Positions 1-12,299 of a stretch of DNA of 64,000 bases are shown in pieces (position 1 is the stretch's first letter; each line of letters begins with the position of its first letter). Source of the DNA: Camelus ferus. Taxonomy: Eukaryota. Location of the stretch: positions 56,422,001 to 56,486,000 of the forward strand of contig NC_045707.1 of assembly GCF_009834535.1 (NCBI RefSeq), written 5' to 3'. The position numbers and the translations under genes are program-made. The notes under the pieces are model-generated. The model ran no database searches. It saw nothing but the letters and a program-made list of their open reading frames with translations, and had not been told where the DNA came from.

Positions 1-376
1 AGTATTAAGGCCATTATCTGAGACCAAAATGACACCAATGTGAGGGTCACTGTGCTTTAATTGGGAGAAAACAGTGAGAAAAGAAAAATAAACTCTTATG
101 GTTTAATTACTAGTCGCATCAATTGTTATCCCTTCAGATATAAATACTTTCTTTATCACTTTCCTCAAAGTCCCTGAGAAGAGAGGTGATTACAATGCTT
201 CCTATCTCCAAATGTGGGAAATTTATGTAATGAGAAATTGTTTCTTTTTTCTTTCTATAGCTTGCCAGACTAGAGGTCATCTAATCCAAGTTCCTCATTA
301 GCAGGTGAGAAAATAATACTTGTATTGTGAATGCACAATATTGAGATAACTAGGTGATTTGTTCCATTTAAGTTGC

Positions 377-379
<3 letters not shown>

Positions 380-410
<31 letters not shown>
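380..410. repeat. (TG)n microsatellite
   Basis: About 15 uninterrupted TG units. Confidence 0.95.
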
Positions 411-413
<3 letters not shown>

Positions 414-996
414 TGTCTGTGTACATATGGATATCTGGACTTTTTTTACTGAAGTGGTTCATAGCTTACTAATTTCTCAAACATGTCTATACACCCACCA
501 CCATCTTAAGAACCGGATATAAACTTATCAAATAGTCAGGGTCAAGAAATCCAAGGAAATTCAGTGAAAGGGGGAAGATGAAGAGAGAAGAAAGAAAGAC
601 AGGAAACTTGAGAGTTCTATCTATTATGTTATTCATCTCCTTCTAAAGATATTTATATTATATTGCCTATGAAATCTGAGGCTCAATCTGGATTTGCTAA
701 CATTGCTCTATATGAATATTGATACAGTATGTTTTATTATGATGAACCAAGAAACAGGTATATACACTGAGAAAAGTAGGAGGAAGTACAACTGTGTACT
801 GACATCTGGGTAGGACTAGAAAAATGCTCTGGACTTAGAAAAAGCTACAGACAGAATACAAATGACAACTTGGACATATGATGTAGCACACTGACTACCA
901 TATTATGATGAAAACCACAGCTGTATTAAAAAGTGGCTACAGTGATGAAATAATTATACATGGAAAACGTTTTAAATTTTAGAAAAAAGTAATGGG

Positions 997-1645
997 ATCT
1001 TTTTAAAGAACTAGCATTTAGTTTCATTGATCTTTTCCTTTTTTTTTTTTTTGTCTCTATTTCATTTATTTCTGTTCTGATCTTTAAGGTTTCCTTCCTT
1101 CTACTAACTTTGGATTTTGTTTGTTTTTCTTTCTCTAGTTGCTTTAGGTGTAAGATTAGGTTGTTTATTTGAGATTTTTTTCTTGTTTCCTGAGGTAAGC
1201 TTGTATCACTAGAAACTTCCCTCTTAGAACTGCTTTTGCTGCATCCCATGGGTTTTGGATTGGCATGTTATCATGTTCATTTTTCTGTAGGTATTTTTTG
1301 ATTCCCTTTTTAATTTCCTTGTGATCCATTACTTGTTTAGTACCATATTGTTAAGCCTCCATATCTTTGGGTACTTTGCAGTTTTTTCCTTGAAGTTGAT
1401 TTCTAACCCCATAGTGTTGTGGTTGGAAATGATGCATGATATAATTTCAATTTTCTTAAATTTACTGAGGAGGGCATGGGCCAGCATGTGCTCTATTCTG
1501 GGGAGTGTTTCATGTGCACTTGAAAAGAATGTGTATTCTGCTGCTTTTGAATGGAATGCTCTATAAATATCAATTAAGTCTATCTGGTCTATCTGTCATT
1601 TAAGGCCTGTGTTTCCTTATTGAATTTCTGTCTGGCTGATCTGAA
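997..1645 (-). mobile_element. LINE-1 ORF2 fragment (endonuclease-adjacent region), frameshifted
   Basis: ORF 926..1249(-) contains SQINNLILHLKQLEKEKQTKSKVSRRKETLKIRTEINEIETKK, typical of L1 ORF2p; flanking DNA is L1-like. Confidence 0.9.
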
Positions 1646-1972
1646 TCATATCAGTCCAAGTAAATTTCTTTTTGACAGAAATACTAGACTAATGAACAAA
1701 CTCACTCTCCCTCAAATATCATTAGGTGTAGTCTTTCTGAACTTTAGTAAGTCAATAGACAAGCTCTTTTATCTTATAGTTGTGAGCAAGATTTTATAAA
1801 AAAAGATGCTTTAATAGTGAATTAGAAAAATAATTGCCCTAGGAACACAATTCAAAGGGTCCAGATTAATGGAGTTGTGTAAACATGTAACAATTTTAAC
1901 AGTGTATTTCAGATATTTCAAGGTCCATTTTGGCTGTCCCATGTGGAATACATTTTATCAATTAATGTATTG

Positions 1973-1982
1973 AATAATAATG

Positions 1983-2035
<53 letters not shown>
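1973..2035. repeat. (AAT)n microsatellite
   Basis: About 20 AAT units with one GAT interruption. Confidence 0.95.
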
Positions 2036-2036
<1 letters not shown>

Positions 2037-2211
2037 TAATAAAAACTTAAGACTACTTATTTCTACCCATAGCCAACTCACTCCTTTTCCTTTTAACAAA
2101 ATGACAGTTTTCTTCAGCTATAAGCAGTCTATAGCAGCCATGTGTTTATGGGTAAAAACATTATCCCTAGCCCCAGAGTCATGATTTAAGACAATCACTG
2201 TGCCTCCATAC

Positions 2212-2915
2212 TGAGACAGGAAGGAAGGGGGCAAGGCACGGCCATTCAAGGAATGACACAGCAATTAACACCAACATGGTGGAAAATTCAAATCCAGGTA
2301 GGCCTTGAGGCGCAAGATGGTGGGAGATTTGACTTCCAGTAGGCTTTGAGCTTCAATTTATGCTCATTATAGTATGTTAGCAGGCTAAATGACTCCCACA
2401 GGCGCCATGACAGTTTTGAGGCTAACCATACAAGGTCAAAAAGTAGGCAATGGCCCAATTCGTGGGAACCCAGCCCCTGCCCCAAAGTAGTTGGAATAAT
2501 CCTCCCACTTGCTAGCATATGAAGTTACCAAGCCAATAAAAACTAACAACCCTGCACCTCGTGGCCTCTCTCCCTTCTGAGTGAGACAGATAGCACCCTT
2601 CTATGGAGTGTGTAGCTACTTTTACTTTACACTATACACCCATCCCCATGCCTCATGGCCTCTCACATGCACTTTTACTTTAAACTAAGCACCCAACCTC
2701 TCACCTCGTGGCCTTTCTCTTGCCTTCTGAGACAGCCTGCACTCTGTCTATGGAGTACATATCTCTTTGAATAAATCTACTTTTACTCAACTGTGGCTTG
2801 CTCATGAATTCTTTCCTGCATGAAGCCAAGGACCCACACTTGGCAGGGCATGTCCCAGGGACTCAACTGAGACCTGGGACATAGCCATCCTCTCACTATA
2901 CATTTTCCTGCATCA
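2212..2915 (+). mobile_element. ERV1 solo LTR, MER41-like
   Basis: TG...CA ends; near-TSD ATAC/GTAC; blocks matching recalled MER41 (CTCCCACAGGCGCCATGACAGTTT, GAATAATCC...TAGCATAT, CTCTGTCTATGGAGTA, AATAAA, GAATTCTTTC). Confidence 0.8.
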
Positions 2916-3309
2916 GTACCACTTTGTCAATGATTGGAAATGGTCAAGAGAGAACATTTTTGACCTGTAAGGAGAGTCGACTGGGAAAGGTTTTGAGAGA
3001 CATAAAAAGGAAAATGTTTCTTAAGGTCTTTGGACTTTGCCATGAAGGAAAAAATGGCTGAAGATGCTAATGTCATCAAGAGATCATAGAGGAAAGAAGC
3101 CAGTATGCTGAAGTATAACAGGGAAGAAAGATATAAAGACTCTGATCATTGATAATGTCCTTGAACTACTGAATAAACTAAACTTATACATATGTGTGAC
3201 CTACAGTGACTTTTGAGACTGGATTTTCTGTCTCCTGCAACCCAAAGCATTTGAGCTAATGAATCTTGAGTGTGAAGTGCTGCCCAGGATCCCATTTAAT
3301 CACTTCAAT

Positions 3310-3440
3310 AACAATATGTACCTGTATTTTTATAGCGAAGTAAACTGAGGCTCAGAGAGGAGAAGTGATGTGCCCACATTTCACTGCTACTAACCTGCTA
3401 AGTTGAGATATTCATTCAGGTCCCCTTGACTTTAGCATTT
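3310..3440 (-). mobile_element. MIR SINE fragment
   Basis: MIR core AAACTGAGGCTCAGAGAGGAGAAGTGA...GCCCA. Confidence 0.65.
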
Positions 3441-4179
3441 GAATTCTTTTCAGTTAAGATATAGAAAGAATAATCATAAAGTTTTTAGAGGGAAAGCAAA
3501 TGTGTCAAGTGGCAAATTAAAATCCCATGAACTTTGAAAGACAGGCTGCCTCGAAGATGTGAAGATGTTTTGCCCTGAGGGCTTTTGCTGCCTAAGGCTA
3601 TCATTTTTTTTTTCCCTAACTAGGCAATTTTGAGTTTCAAATGTGATGACCCCTTGAGGAACTGTATGTGGAGTCAACGCTGAGGATATATATAAAAAAA
3701 AAAAGGGTGGAGGGGGAATTAATGCTGGAATTCTGAGGCCACAAAGGACTACAACTTCAGGTTAAGTGTGAATGAGATGCTAAACCTGTCTCTACCCACT
3801 CTGAGCCCCAGGGTCTTACGAGGTAAGTTTCTTTGCCACTTAGACCATGAAAAAAGAAAAAATGCTCTTTAGAAATTATTGCCATATGTTGGATTTTGAC
3901 TTGAGTTGCAGGAAAAATTTTCATCACTTTGGGAGGAAAGGCAAAAACAACAAAATAATCCTCCAATCATGAATAGTTTACTATGCAAATACTAGCCAGA
4001 AGCAAACAGGTGTAACTATGAGACAAAACTGACTTTGTGTATAAAAGGATTGCTAGAGATAAAGCCAGTCGCTTCAAAGGATAAAAACTCAATTCTCAAG
4101 GAAGATATAAAAATTATACATATATATGGATATCCATATATATGTACATGGATATGTACAAAATATATAAAGGAATAAT

Positions 4180-7130
4180 TTTTAGAACTACCACAATAAA
4201 TAAATGCATCTCTAGTCATGGTGGTAGATTTTAGCAGACATCTCTCATTAGTTGACAGAAACAACAGACCAAACAAATAAGTATTATATCAACAAGATAA
4301 TTAGCATAATGTTGACCTAGTACACTCTGAAACTCAAGGATATACATACTTTTAAAGCATATACAAGAATATTTTAAAAATTAACTGTGTTCCCTAAATA
4401 AAGTTTCAAAAAATTTAAAAGGACTGAATTATGTACAACATGTTCTCTTACCAAAGTACATTTAAATACAGAAAGCAATTTTAAAAAGCTAATATGATCT
4501 CCAAAAAATGGGAAATTAGGAAACACAATTTTATATAATTCATGGTTCGAAGAAAAAAATCATAGGTGGAAATTATGACTAGAAATTGGAGGAAATTAGA
4601 GGCTATTTCAAACTTAATCAATACTAAATAGAAAATCTAAGGGGATATAGCTAATGCAATAATTATAAAATTGGAGCCTTAAATACTTACCTTTGAAAAT
4701 AAGGCTGAAAATTAATGTAAACCATATGACTCCAAAATTTAGTAAAGTATAGGAAAGAAAACCCAAAATTATATGACAGAACATAATAAATATAAGAGCA
4801 GAGATTAATGATCTAGAAAACAAATATACAAGACAAAGTATAAACCAAGCCAAAAGTCAGCTGTTTTGAAAAGGACCAATAATTACAGTTGACAAACTTC
4901 TGGAAAGTTTGAATATGAGAAAAGGAAAAGAGGCATAAATAATCTCTATAAAGAATGCAAAAAGGAACATAAGCATAGGTGCTACAGACAGTAAACAGAT
5001 AGATGGCATTATGATTAGTTTATGCCAATAAAAGTATGGAAAAATGTTCAAAATCCTAAGAAAATATAGCTTTCCCAAAGTGAGTGAAAGTAAGAGAAAA
5101 TAGGAATTATTCCATAAACATAAATGAATTGATTACCCAAAGATCTTTTGATAAAGAAAGCTTCACAGCCAGATGACTTTTACCAGATAAACAAGAAGCA
5201 ATTGCTATCTTGTGCAAACTCTAGGAGAGGCCAGAATTGGAGGAAACATTCTAGTTCACTGAGTAAGGCTCATGAAATTGTGTTACCAAATACCAATTTT
5301 TCATGAGATATTGAAAGCTTTCTTTTAAGATCTGCAACCTGATTGCCCAGTAATAGTAATTTCATTCCACATTATATACATAAATTATGCAAAAAAAATT
5401 CAGCAAAGTTCCTAATACAAAATTAATACCCAACAACAAATCAATATACAATGCTATATCAGCCACAAACAGAAAATATAATTTTAGAACAGAACATTTA
5501 CAATAGCAACAAAAATATCAAGTATTTAGGAATAAGTTTAACAAAAGTATGCAAGATTGCTACAGATAAAATTATGACAGTTTTTGAAGGTTACTAGATG
5601 TCCAAATAAACAGATACATTACGATCGTGAATTGGAAAACAGTATTGTAAAGATGTCAGTTCTTCCCAATTTAATCTGTAGATTTGGTGCAGTTATTACT
5701 AAGGCCTCTATAGATTTGTTGCTGTTGTTATTGTTGAATTTGAGGAGTTAATTCTAAACTTTTTATGGAAATGCCAAAAACCAAGACTTTCTTGAAGAAA
5801 GAGAACATGATTGTTGGTGAACTTTCTCGAACAGATATTAAGACTTATAAAGCTATAAAATGAAGTGTTGCTTTGGAAAAGGTTTAGATACCTAGACCAG
5901 AGGAATAGGGCAGACAGTCCAGAAACAGATCCAGGGATATTTAACAGAGGTGGCACTGCAGTTAGAGGAAAAAATGGTCTTTTCATATTATGGTAGTGGG
6001 GTAATTGAATATTTGTCAAGAAATGGGCAGAAATTATAACCAGTTTTTCATACAATTTTCTGCATTTGCACAAAAGTGAAATGCAGGTGACTTAAAGTTA
6101 AGATTTTAGGATATCAATAGAAGAACATCTCTATGTACTTGATATACAGAAATATTTCTATGTTAAGGCATGAAAACCTCTAACCATAAAGGAAAAGATG
6201 ATTAGTTTCACTACACTAAAACTGAGAATTTCACATCAAAAAAATAGAGACAATCACTGAGTAGAATTTGCAGCACATATAAGTAATAAAATATTCATAT
6301 TCATAATTTATAGAAATTAATGAGGTAAACCAGACATTTCAATAGACAAATGAGTAAAAGGCTTGTACAGAGACTTCACACAACAGGAAATCTGAGTGGT
6401 CAATGGACAAATAAAAAGCTGATCAATTTCATTTATTATTAAAGAAATATAAATTAAAGTCATAACTAGGTATTACTCACTAGAGGACATGAAATTTAAA
6501 AAAAAATTGTGTGGCAAGAATGAGAAGTATAGGATTTTTTTGTAAATATTTTGGGAAACAGTATGACATCTAGAAAAGTTGCAGACATGCAAAATAGTTA
6601 TTCTTTTCCTAATATATTCCCTAGAGAATCTCCTGCATGTTTATCCCCAGAGATAACTGTACAAAATTTTATGCTGTCAGGTTTTAAAAATAACTAAATT
6701 GAGAGCAACACAAATGCTCATCAACAGGAAAATGTATTTAAAAAATTGTGGTATCCTCAGGGAAGGGGATGTCATATAGCAATGAAACTGAATATACAGT
6801 TAGATGTGATAATGAATGAATGAATCTGACAAATAAAATGATAAGCAAGAGAAGTAACTTAATAGTATGCACAAAACCTTTTGAACTAAAGTTAAAAAAC
6901 AAACAAAAAAAACTAACTACATTGTTAAAAGCAAGGAATACATATATTTTTTAAAGTAAGAATATTGGTTTCTCCCATTAGGAGGGAGAACATGATAGAG
7001 GAAGGCATGATTTCAGACTTTCCAGGATGTTGCTAATGTCCTATTTTCACCTGATTAATTTAGGCATCTGTTTTATTAATATACCTTAAAATATACAAGT
7101 ATATTTTACATAATTTTTAGGGTATGAAAT
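4180..7130 (+). mobile_element. Old, heavily decayed LINE-1 (L1M-type ORF2 to 3' end)
   Basis: A-rich strand bias; L1 ORF2-like blocks such as GTAAAGATGTCAGTTCTTCCCAATTTAATCTGTAGATT and GACCAGAGGAATAGGGCAGACAGTCCAGAAACAGATCCA; boundaries approximate. Confidence 0.7.
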
Positions 7131-7164
7131 ATCTCAAAGAGCTATGTTAGGAAAAATAACAAAC

Positions 7165-7788
7165 CAAGTTTGGCAGTACCTCAAAATGTTAAGTGTAGAA
7201 TTAATACATGACCCAGAAATTCTACTCCTGGGCATATACCCAAGAGAAATGAAAACATGCTCACATACAAACATAGAAAACTTACGCACAAATATTTACA
7301 GCAGTATTATTCAAAATAGCCAGAACATAGAAACAATTCAAATATTGATCAACTGATGAAAGGATAAATAAAATGTGGCATATTCATACCATGGAATATT
7401 ATTTCAGCAATAGAAAGAAATGAAGTACTGATATATGCTATAATTTAGATGAATCTTGGAAACATTATGCTAAGGAAAAGAAGTCAGTCCAAAAAAAAAA
7501 AAAAGACTAGAGATTATGTGATTCCATATATATGTAGTATCTAGAATAGGTCATCTACAGAGACAGAAAATTGATTATTGGTTGTCCGGGCTTGGAAGAT
7601 TGGAATGGAGATATGGGGAGGGAGTGACTGCTAAGGGGTACAAGGGTTCTTTGTGAGATGATTAAGGTATTCTAACATGGACTGTAGGGATGGCTGCACA
7701 ACCCTATGAATATATGTGAAAGGACTGGATTGTACACTTTAAGTGTGTGAATCCTATAGTATGTGAATCTCAATATATTTGTTAAAAA
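7165..7788 (+). mobile_element. LINE-1 3' end (L1MB-like)
   Basis: GACCCAGAAATTCTACTCCTGGGCATATACCCAAGAGAAATGAAAACAT through GGATTGTACACTTTAA; ORF 7144..7356 resembles the ORF2p C-terminus. Confidence 0.85.
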
Positions 7789-8187
7789 TGGCCCCCAAAT
7801 TAGGATAAACAAATAGAAGGTGCAGGAAAACAGTTTTTGGCTCAAAATATGGGGGAAATGATGTAAATAAATTACTAGCTAAAGAAATGATCTGCCTCTG
7901 TACATTCTGAGTTTCTTCTCACTCCAGATGTTCAAACCCAGATAAGATACAATGTAGTATTGAAATTATTTATGTGTGATTGACATAGATGGCCTTCCAG
8001 GTTTCTTTCAACCTTAAAAGTCCTTGGTTATATGAGGAGGGAACTAGTTTGACTTCATAATTAATACTTTATGAACAACTCAGTTCCTTTGTAGGATGAG
8101 ATAGGGCCTAAATATATGAATAAAATAGTTAATAAAATGTGGAATGACTATATAAACTTTGCTAAATTGCATTATGAATCAATTACC

Positions 8188-10197
8188 TTTTTAAAAATTG
8201 AAGTATAATTGACATATAATATATTATTTATAGGTATACAACACAATGATTTGCTATTTGTATACATTGCAAAATGGTCACCACAAAAAGCCGAGTTACC
8301 ATCTGTCACCATATTTTTTTTCTTGTGATGAGGACTTCTAAGATTTACTCTCTTTGTAACTTTCAAATATGCAATAAAGCATTATTAACTGTGGTCACAA
8401 TGTTATACATTACATCCTCATGACTGATTCATTTTATAACCAGAAGTGTGTATCTTTTGACCCCCTTCACTCATTTCACCCACCTTCCACCCCTCCCTTC
8501 TGGCAACCAACAATTCCTTCTCTGTATACGAGCTTAGTTTTTATTTTGTTTTGTTTTATTTGTTTGTTTTTCTTGTTTTTTAGTTTCCACGTATAAGTGA
8601 AAACATACAGTATTTGTCTTTCTCTTTAGCTTAATAATCACAAGGTCCATCCATGTTGTTACAAATGTCATTTTTTTAATGGCTGAATAGTACTTCAGTG
8701 TGTGTGTGTGTATAAATAAAATCACATTTTCTGTATCTATTCATTCAATTATGGACCCTTGGGTTGTTTCTATATCTTGACAACTGTAAATAATGCTGCA
8801 GTGAACACAGGGGTGCATACATCTTTTTGAATTACTGTTTTTTTCTTCTTTGGATAAATATCCAGAAGTGGAATTGCTGAATCATATGGTAATTCAATTT
8901 TTAATTTTTTGAGGAACTCCATACTGTTTTCCACAACTGCTGCATCAGTTTACATTCCCATCAATAGTGCACAAGGGATCCTTTTCCTCTACATTCTCAC
9001 CAGCACTTGTTATTGCCTGTCTTTTTGATGATTGCCATTCTGACAGCTGTGAGGTGATATCACATTATGGCTTTAATTTACATTACCCTGATGATTAGTG
9101 ATGTTGAGCATCTTTTCATGTGCTTGTTTGTCATCTGTATGTCTTCCTGGAGAAGTAACTATTCAAATCCTTTGCCCATTTTTAAACTGAATTGTTTAGG
9201 GATTTTTTTTGCTATTGAGTAGTGCGAGTTTTTTTATGTATTTTGGATATTAACCCTTTATTAGATATACGAATTGCAAATATTTTCATCTATTCAGTAG
9301 ATTGCCTTTTAATTTTGTTGATTATTTTCTTTGCTGTGCAGCTTTTTAGTTTGATGTAGTCCCACTCATTTGTTTCACTTTTGTTGCCTTTGCTTTTGGA
9401 GTCAGAACCAAAAAACCATCACCAAGACCGATGCCAAGGAGCTTAGGTGTTTCCTGAGTTTTATGGTTTCAGGTCTTGCGTTCAAGTCTTTAATCCATTT
9501 TGAGTTAATTTTTGTGTATGGTGTAAGACAGTGAGGTGGGAAGCCCCATAAAAAGACAGGCAGAACCCCCAGGCAGGGCCACTACTCTTCTGCCAGCACC
9601 ATCCAGTTCACTGGCCCAGAGGCTCTATCTCACTTTTTGCCTCTGAAATGGCTTACTTACCCCTAAAATTCTATTGGTTCCCTGAGCTCACTCCTGATTG
9701 GTTATTTCCTTCACTCCTGATAGGTCCACTTCCCTCACTCCTGATTGGTTATTTCTCTCCCTCCTGATTGGTCCATTTCTACAAAGTTTGTTCCTAATTA
9801 GTCAACTTTCATTATACCTCATTTGCATATGATGTTGCAAAGTGTAAACTGGGAGCCTATAAAAGCCGGTATAAACCTACAGACGGGGTCCAGAGCTTGG
9901 AGTGTTAACTCCTCTGGGCCTGCTGGCATAATAAATCTGAATTCTCCAACTCTCTGAGTGCTGCTTGGTTTCTTGCCTTGATCCAGGTTGCTGTCACAAC
10001 TGAGCTGTAACACATTTTTCTGCAACAATAGTAGTCTAATTTCATTCTTTCGCATATAGATGGCTGTCCAATTTTCCCAATATCAATTATTGAAGAGACT
10101 GTCTTTTTCCCACTGTATATTCTTGCCTCCTTAGGCATAAATTAATTGACTATATACCTGTGGTTTTATTTCTGGGCTCTCTATTCTGTTTCATTGT
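8188..10197 (-). mobile_element. LINE-1 3' region (L1MA9-like), interrupted by an LTR at 9532-10027
   Basis: Starts TTTTTAAAAATTGAAGTATAATTGACATATAA (L1 3' end on the reverse strand); ORF 8534..8725(-) has YYSAIKK...TTWMDL; the L1 sequence resumes after the LTR. Confidence 0.9.
9532..10027 (+). mobile_element. ERV1-type solo LTR nested in L1
   Basis: TG...CA ends; 4-bp near-TSD ACAG/ATAG; TATAAAA at 9858 and AATAAA at 9930. Confidence 0.88.
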
Positions 10198-10479
10198 CAT
10201 TTGTCTTCCTAACATATAGAGACAACTCATTAATTTCAGAGGATTGTGATTTACTTCCACAAGGAGAAAAATACATCAATTGCCTTATGCTCAAATAAGG
10301 AGATATAATTCCCATGCTTCCTCTTCACCTATCTCTGTTTCCTTGGAAAAGAGATAATTCTTAAACTGTAATAGGAAAAATGTTTAGCTTTGGGAAAAAA
10401 ATGAATGCCTCAATATGTGCTTCAATGATTCTTTTGATTTAGGAATTATTCTGGAAAAAAGTCTTGACCTGTATCCTGA

Positions 10480-10645
10480 TTTTATGATCTGCAAGTCACT
10501 TAGCTCTTTAAATCTCAATTTCTTTATCAGCAAAATGGGATTATAATAATAGGGTTTACCTCACCGAGTGTTTGGAAGAATTGAATTAAATGAGGTAAAC
10601 CATTTAGCACAGTACTTAACAGATGGTAAGGGTTCTATAAACATT
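10480..10645 (+). mobile_element. MIR SINE
   Basis: GCAAGTCACTTAGCTCTTTAAATCTCAATTTCTTTATCAGCAAAATGGGATTATAATA core. Confidence 0.75.
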
Positions 10646-11690
10646 TATTTTAAAAGCCAAAAAAACCCACATGACTTCTGTCCTCAGAACGGGTAGCACT
10701 TAGGCAAAGTTTCAGAAGTGCAATGGAGAATTAGGAAAGAACATTGCATTTAATCAAAACACTTGTGAGATTTATTTATATTTACAGTGATTTCAGCAGT
10801 TTTTCTCCTTCCAGTTGTCCAACTTGTCCTCAGGCTAGGAGGTGTAGAGAATGGTTTGACAAACTGGGAATTCTAGGCATATATAAACATGTCACTTCAC
10901 ATACACCCCTCGAGGCCAAGGATGCATCTGTTTAGTGGACTGGTGGAAGACAAAAGGGAATAATCTGTTACATATGTATCAAAACACATTACTATCTTTC
11001 TGTGGACATATGTGGAACCTCACAGGGCATTTTATAGATTAAAGCCCTGAAATAACTGATGGGATATGCCACTTTTTCTTGATGCTTAAAATACATCCAA
11101 GATAGTCCAACAAAATAGTGAAAATTTCAGCTTCAGTGCTGATACTAAAAATATAAAAGCATGAATAAGTCATATCTTGTCTACCTTAAATTTTATCTTC
11201 AGATTCTTTCAACAATCTTTGGCTCTCGGCTGATAGGGCAGTCATAATCTGAGTTCTGAATTTATAGCTTGGGTGAGGCTACAACATTTCATATTCAGAA
11301 GCTAGATCAATAATGTTTCCATTGATCTTCAACTTGAAACAAATGCTGAGTTTTAGAGACTAAGGTAATGCTTACTTCAGTAAATAGTTGTGATATCTAG
11401 TGATTTTTCCCATTTTATGAAATTTTTGATGCATTCTAAAAATGTACACAGGGAACAAAATAACTTTAGAACAGCAATCTGTCTATATCTTTCTAATCTT
11501 CTAATTGTTTTATTCTGGCATTGAAATATATCATGTAATTTCAGTATTAGAGGAAGCCACTCAAGATTTTTAAATATCTTGAGTGACCTCTTTCTTATCA
11601 TATCTTGGTGTAAAGGCATGTATCTCTTCTCATCATTAATACTGAGTTGTTCAAAAGAGGTAAATGCCTACCTATAGAATTCTTGTCTTT

Positions 11691-11836
11691 TTAAGAAATG
11701 TTTAAGTTACTTTTTTGGAGGGGAAGTAATTAGGCTTATTTACTTATTTATTTTTAGAGGAGGTACTGGGGGTTGAACGCAGGACTTTGTGTATGCTAAG
11801 CATGCAGTCCACCACTTCAGCTTTACCCTTCCCCCT
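11691..11836 (-). mobile_element. tRNA-derived SINE, camelid Vic-1-like
   Basis: Reverse strand has degenerate Pol III A/B boxes and a CCTAATTACTTCCCC tail; imperfect TSD TAGAATTCTTGTCTT (11675) / TAGAATTCCTGTTTT (11837). Confidence 0.85.
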
Positions 11837-12299
11837 TAGAATTCCTGTTTTCGTCTCAATCTCTATACTCAGTACCCAAGTTCAGGTTCTCAGAATCGCT
11901 CACCTGCTTCCCACCTAGTTATAGAGCTTATTTTTTGATTCTTTCTCCCAACTTTTGTATTAATATCACTTCCCCCAAAATCCTCTCCACTAACACATAT
12001 ATACCCATTATCAGAGTGTGCCTGATAAAATTCTACCAATCCTGTAAGAAAAAGATAAGAGAGAATTTCCTCATAGTTAATTTCTCTAACTACCCAAACC
12101 AGAATTAATTTATTTTGTGTATGTGTTCCTTAGCACTAAGATACTTTCCTTAAATTTAACATGTACTTTGTGATCTTTCACAGTTTAAAAAAATGCATGT
12201 AGTTGTTCCATGTTGTTAAATTGAGAGCTCTCTGAGAAATGGGGTTCTGTCTATTTTTTAAAATATAGCCCCCAAACCTACTATGATTCTGGCTCCTTG

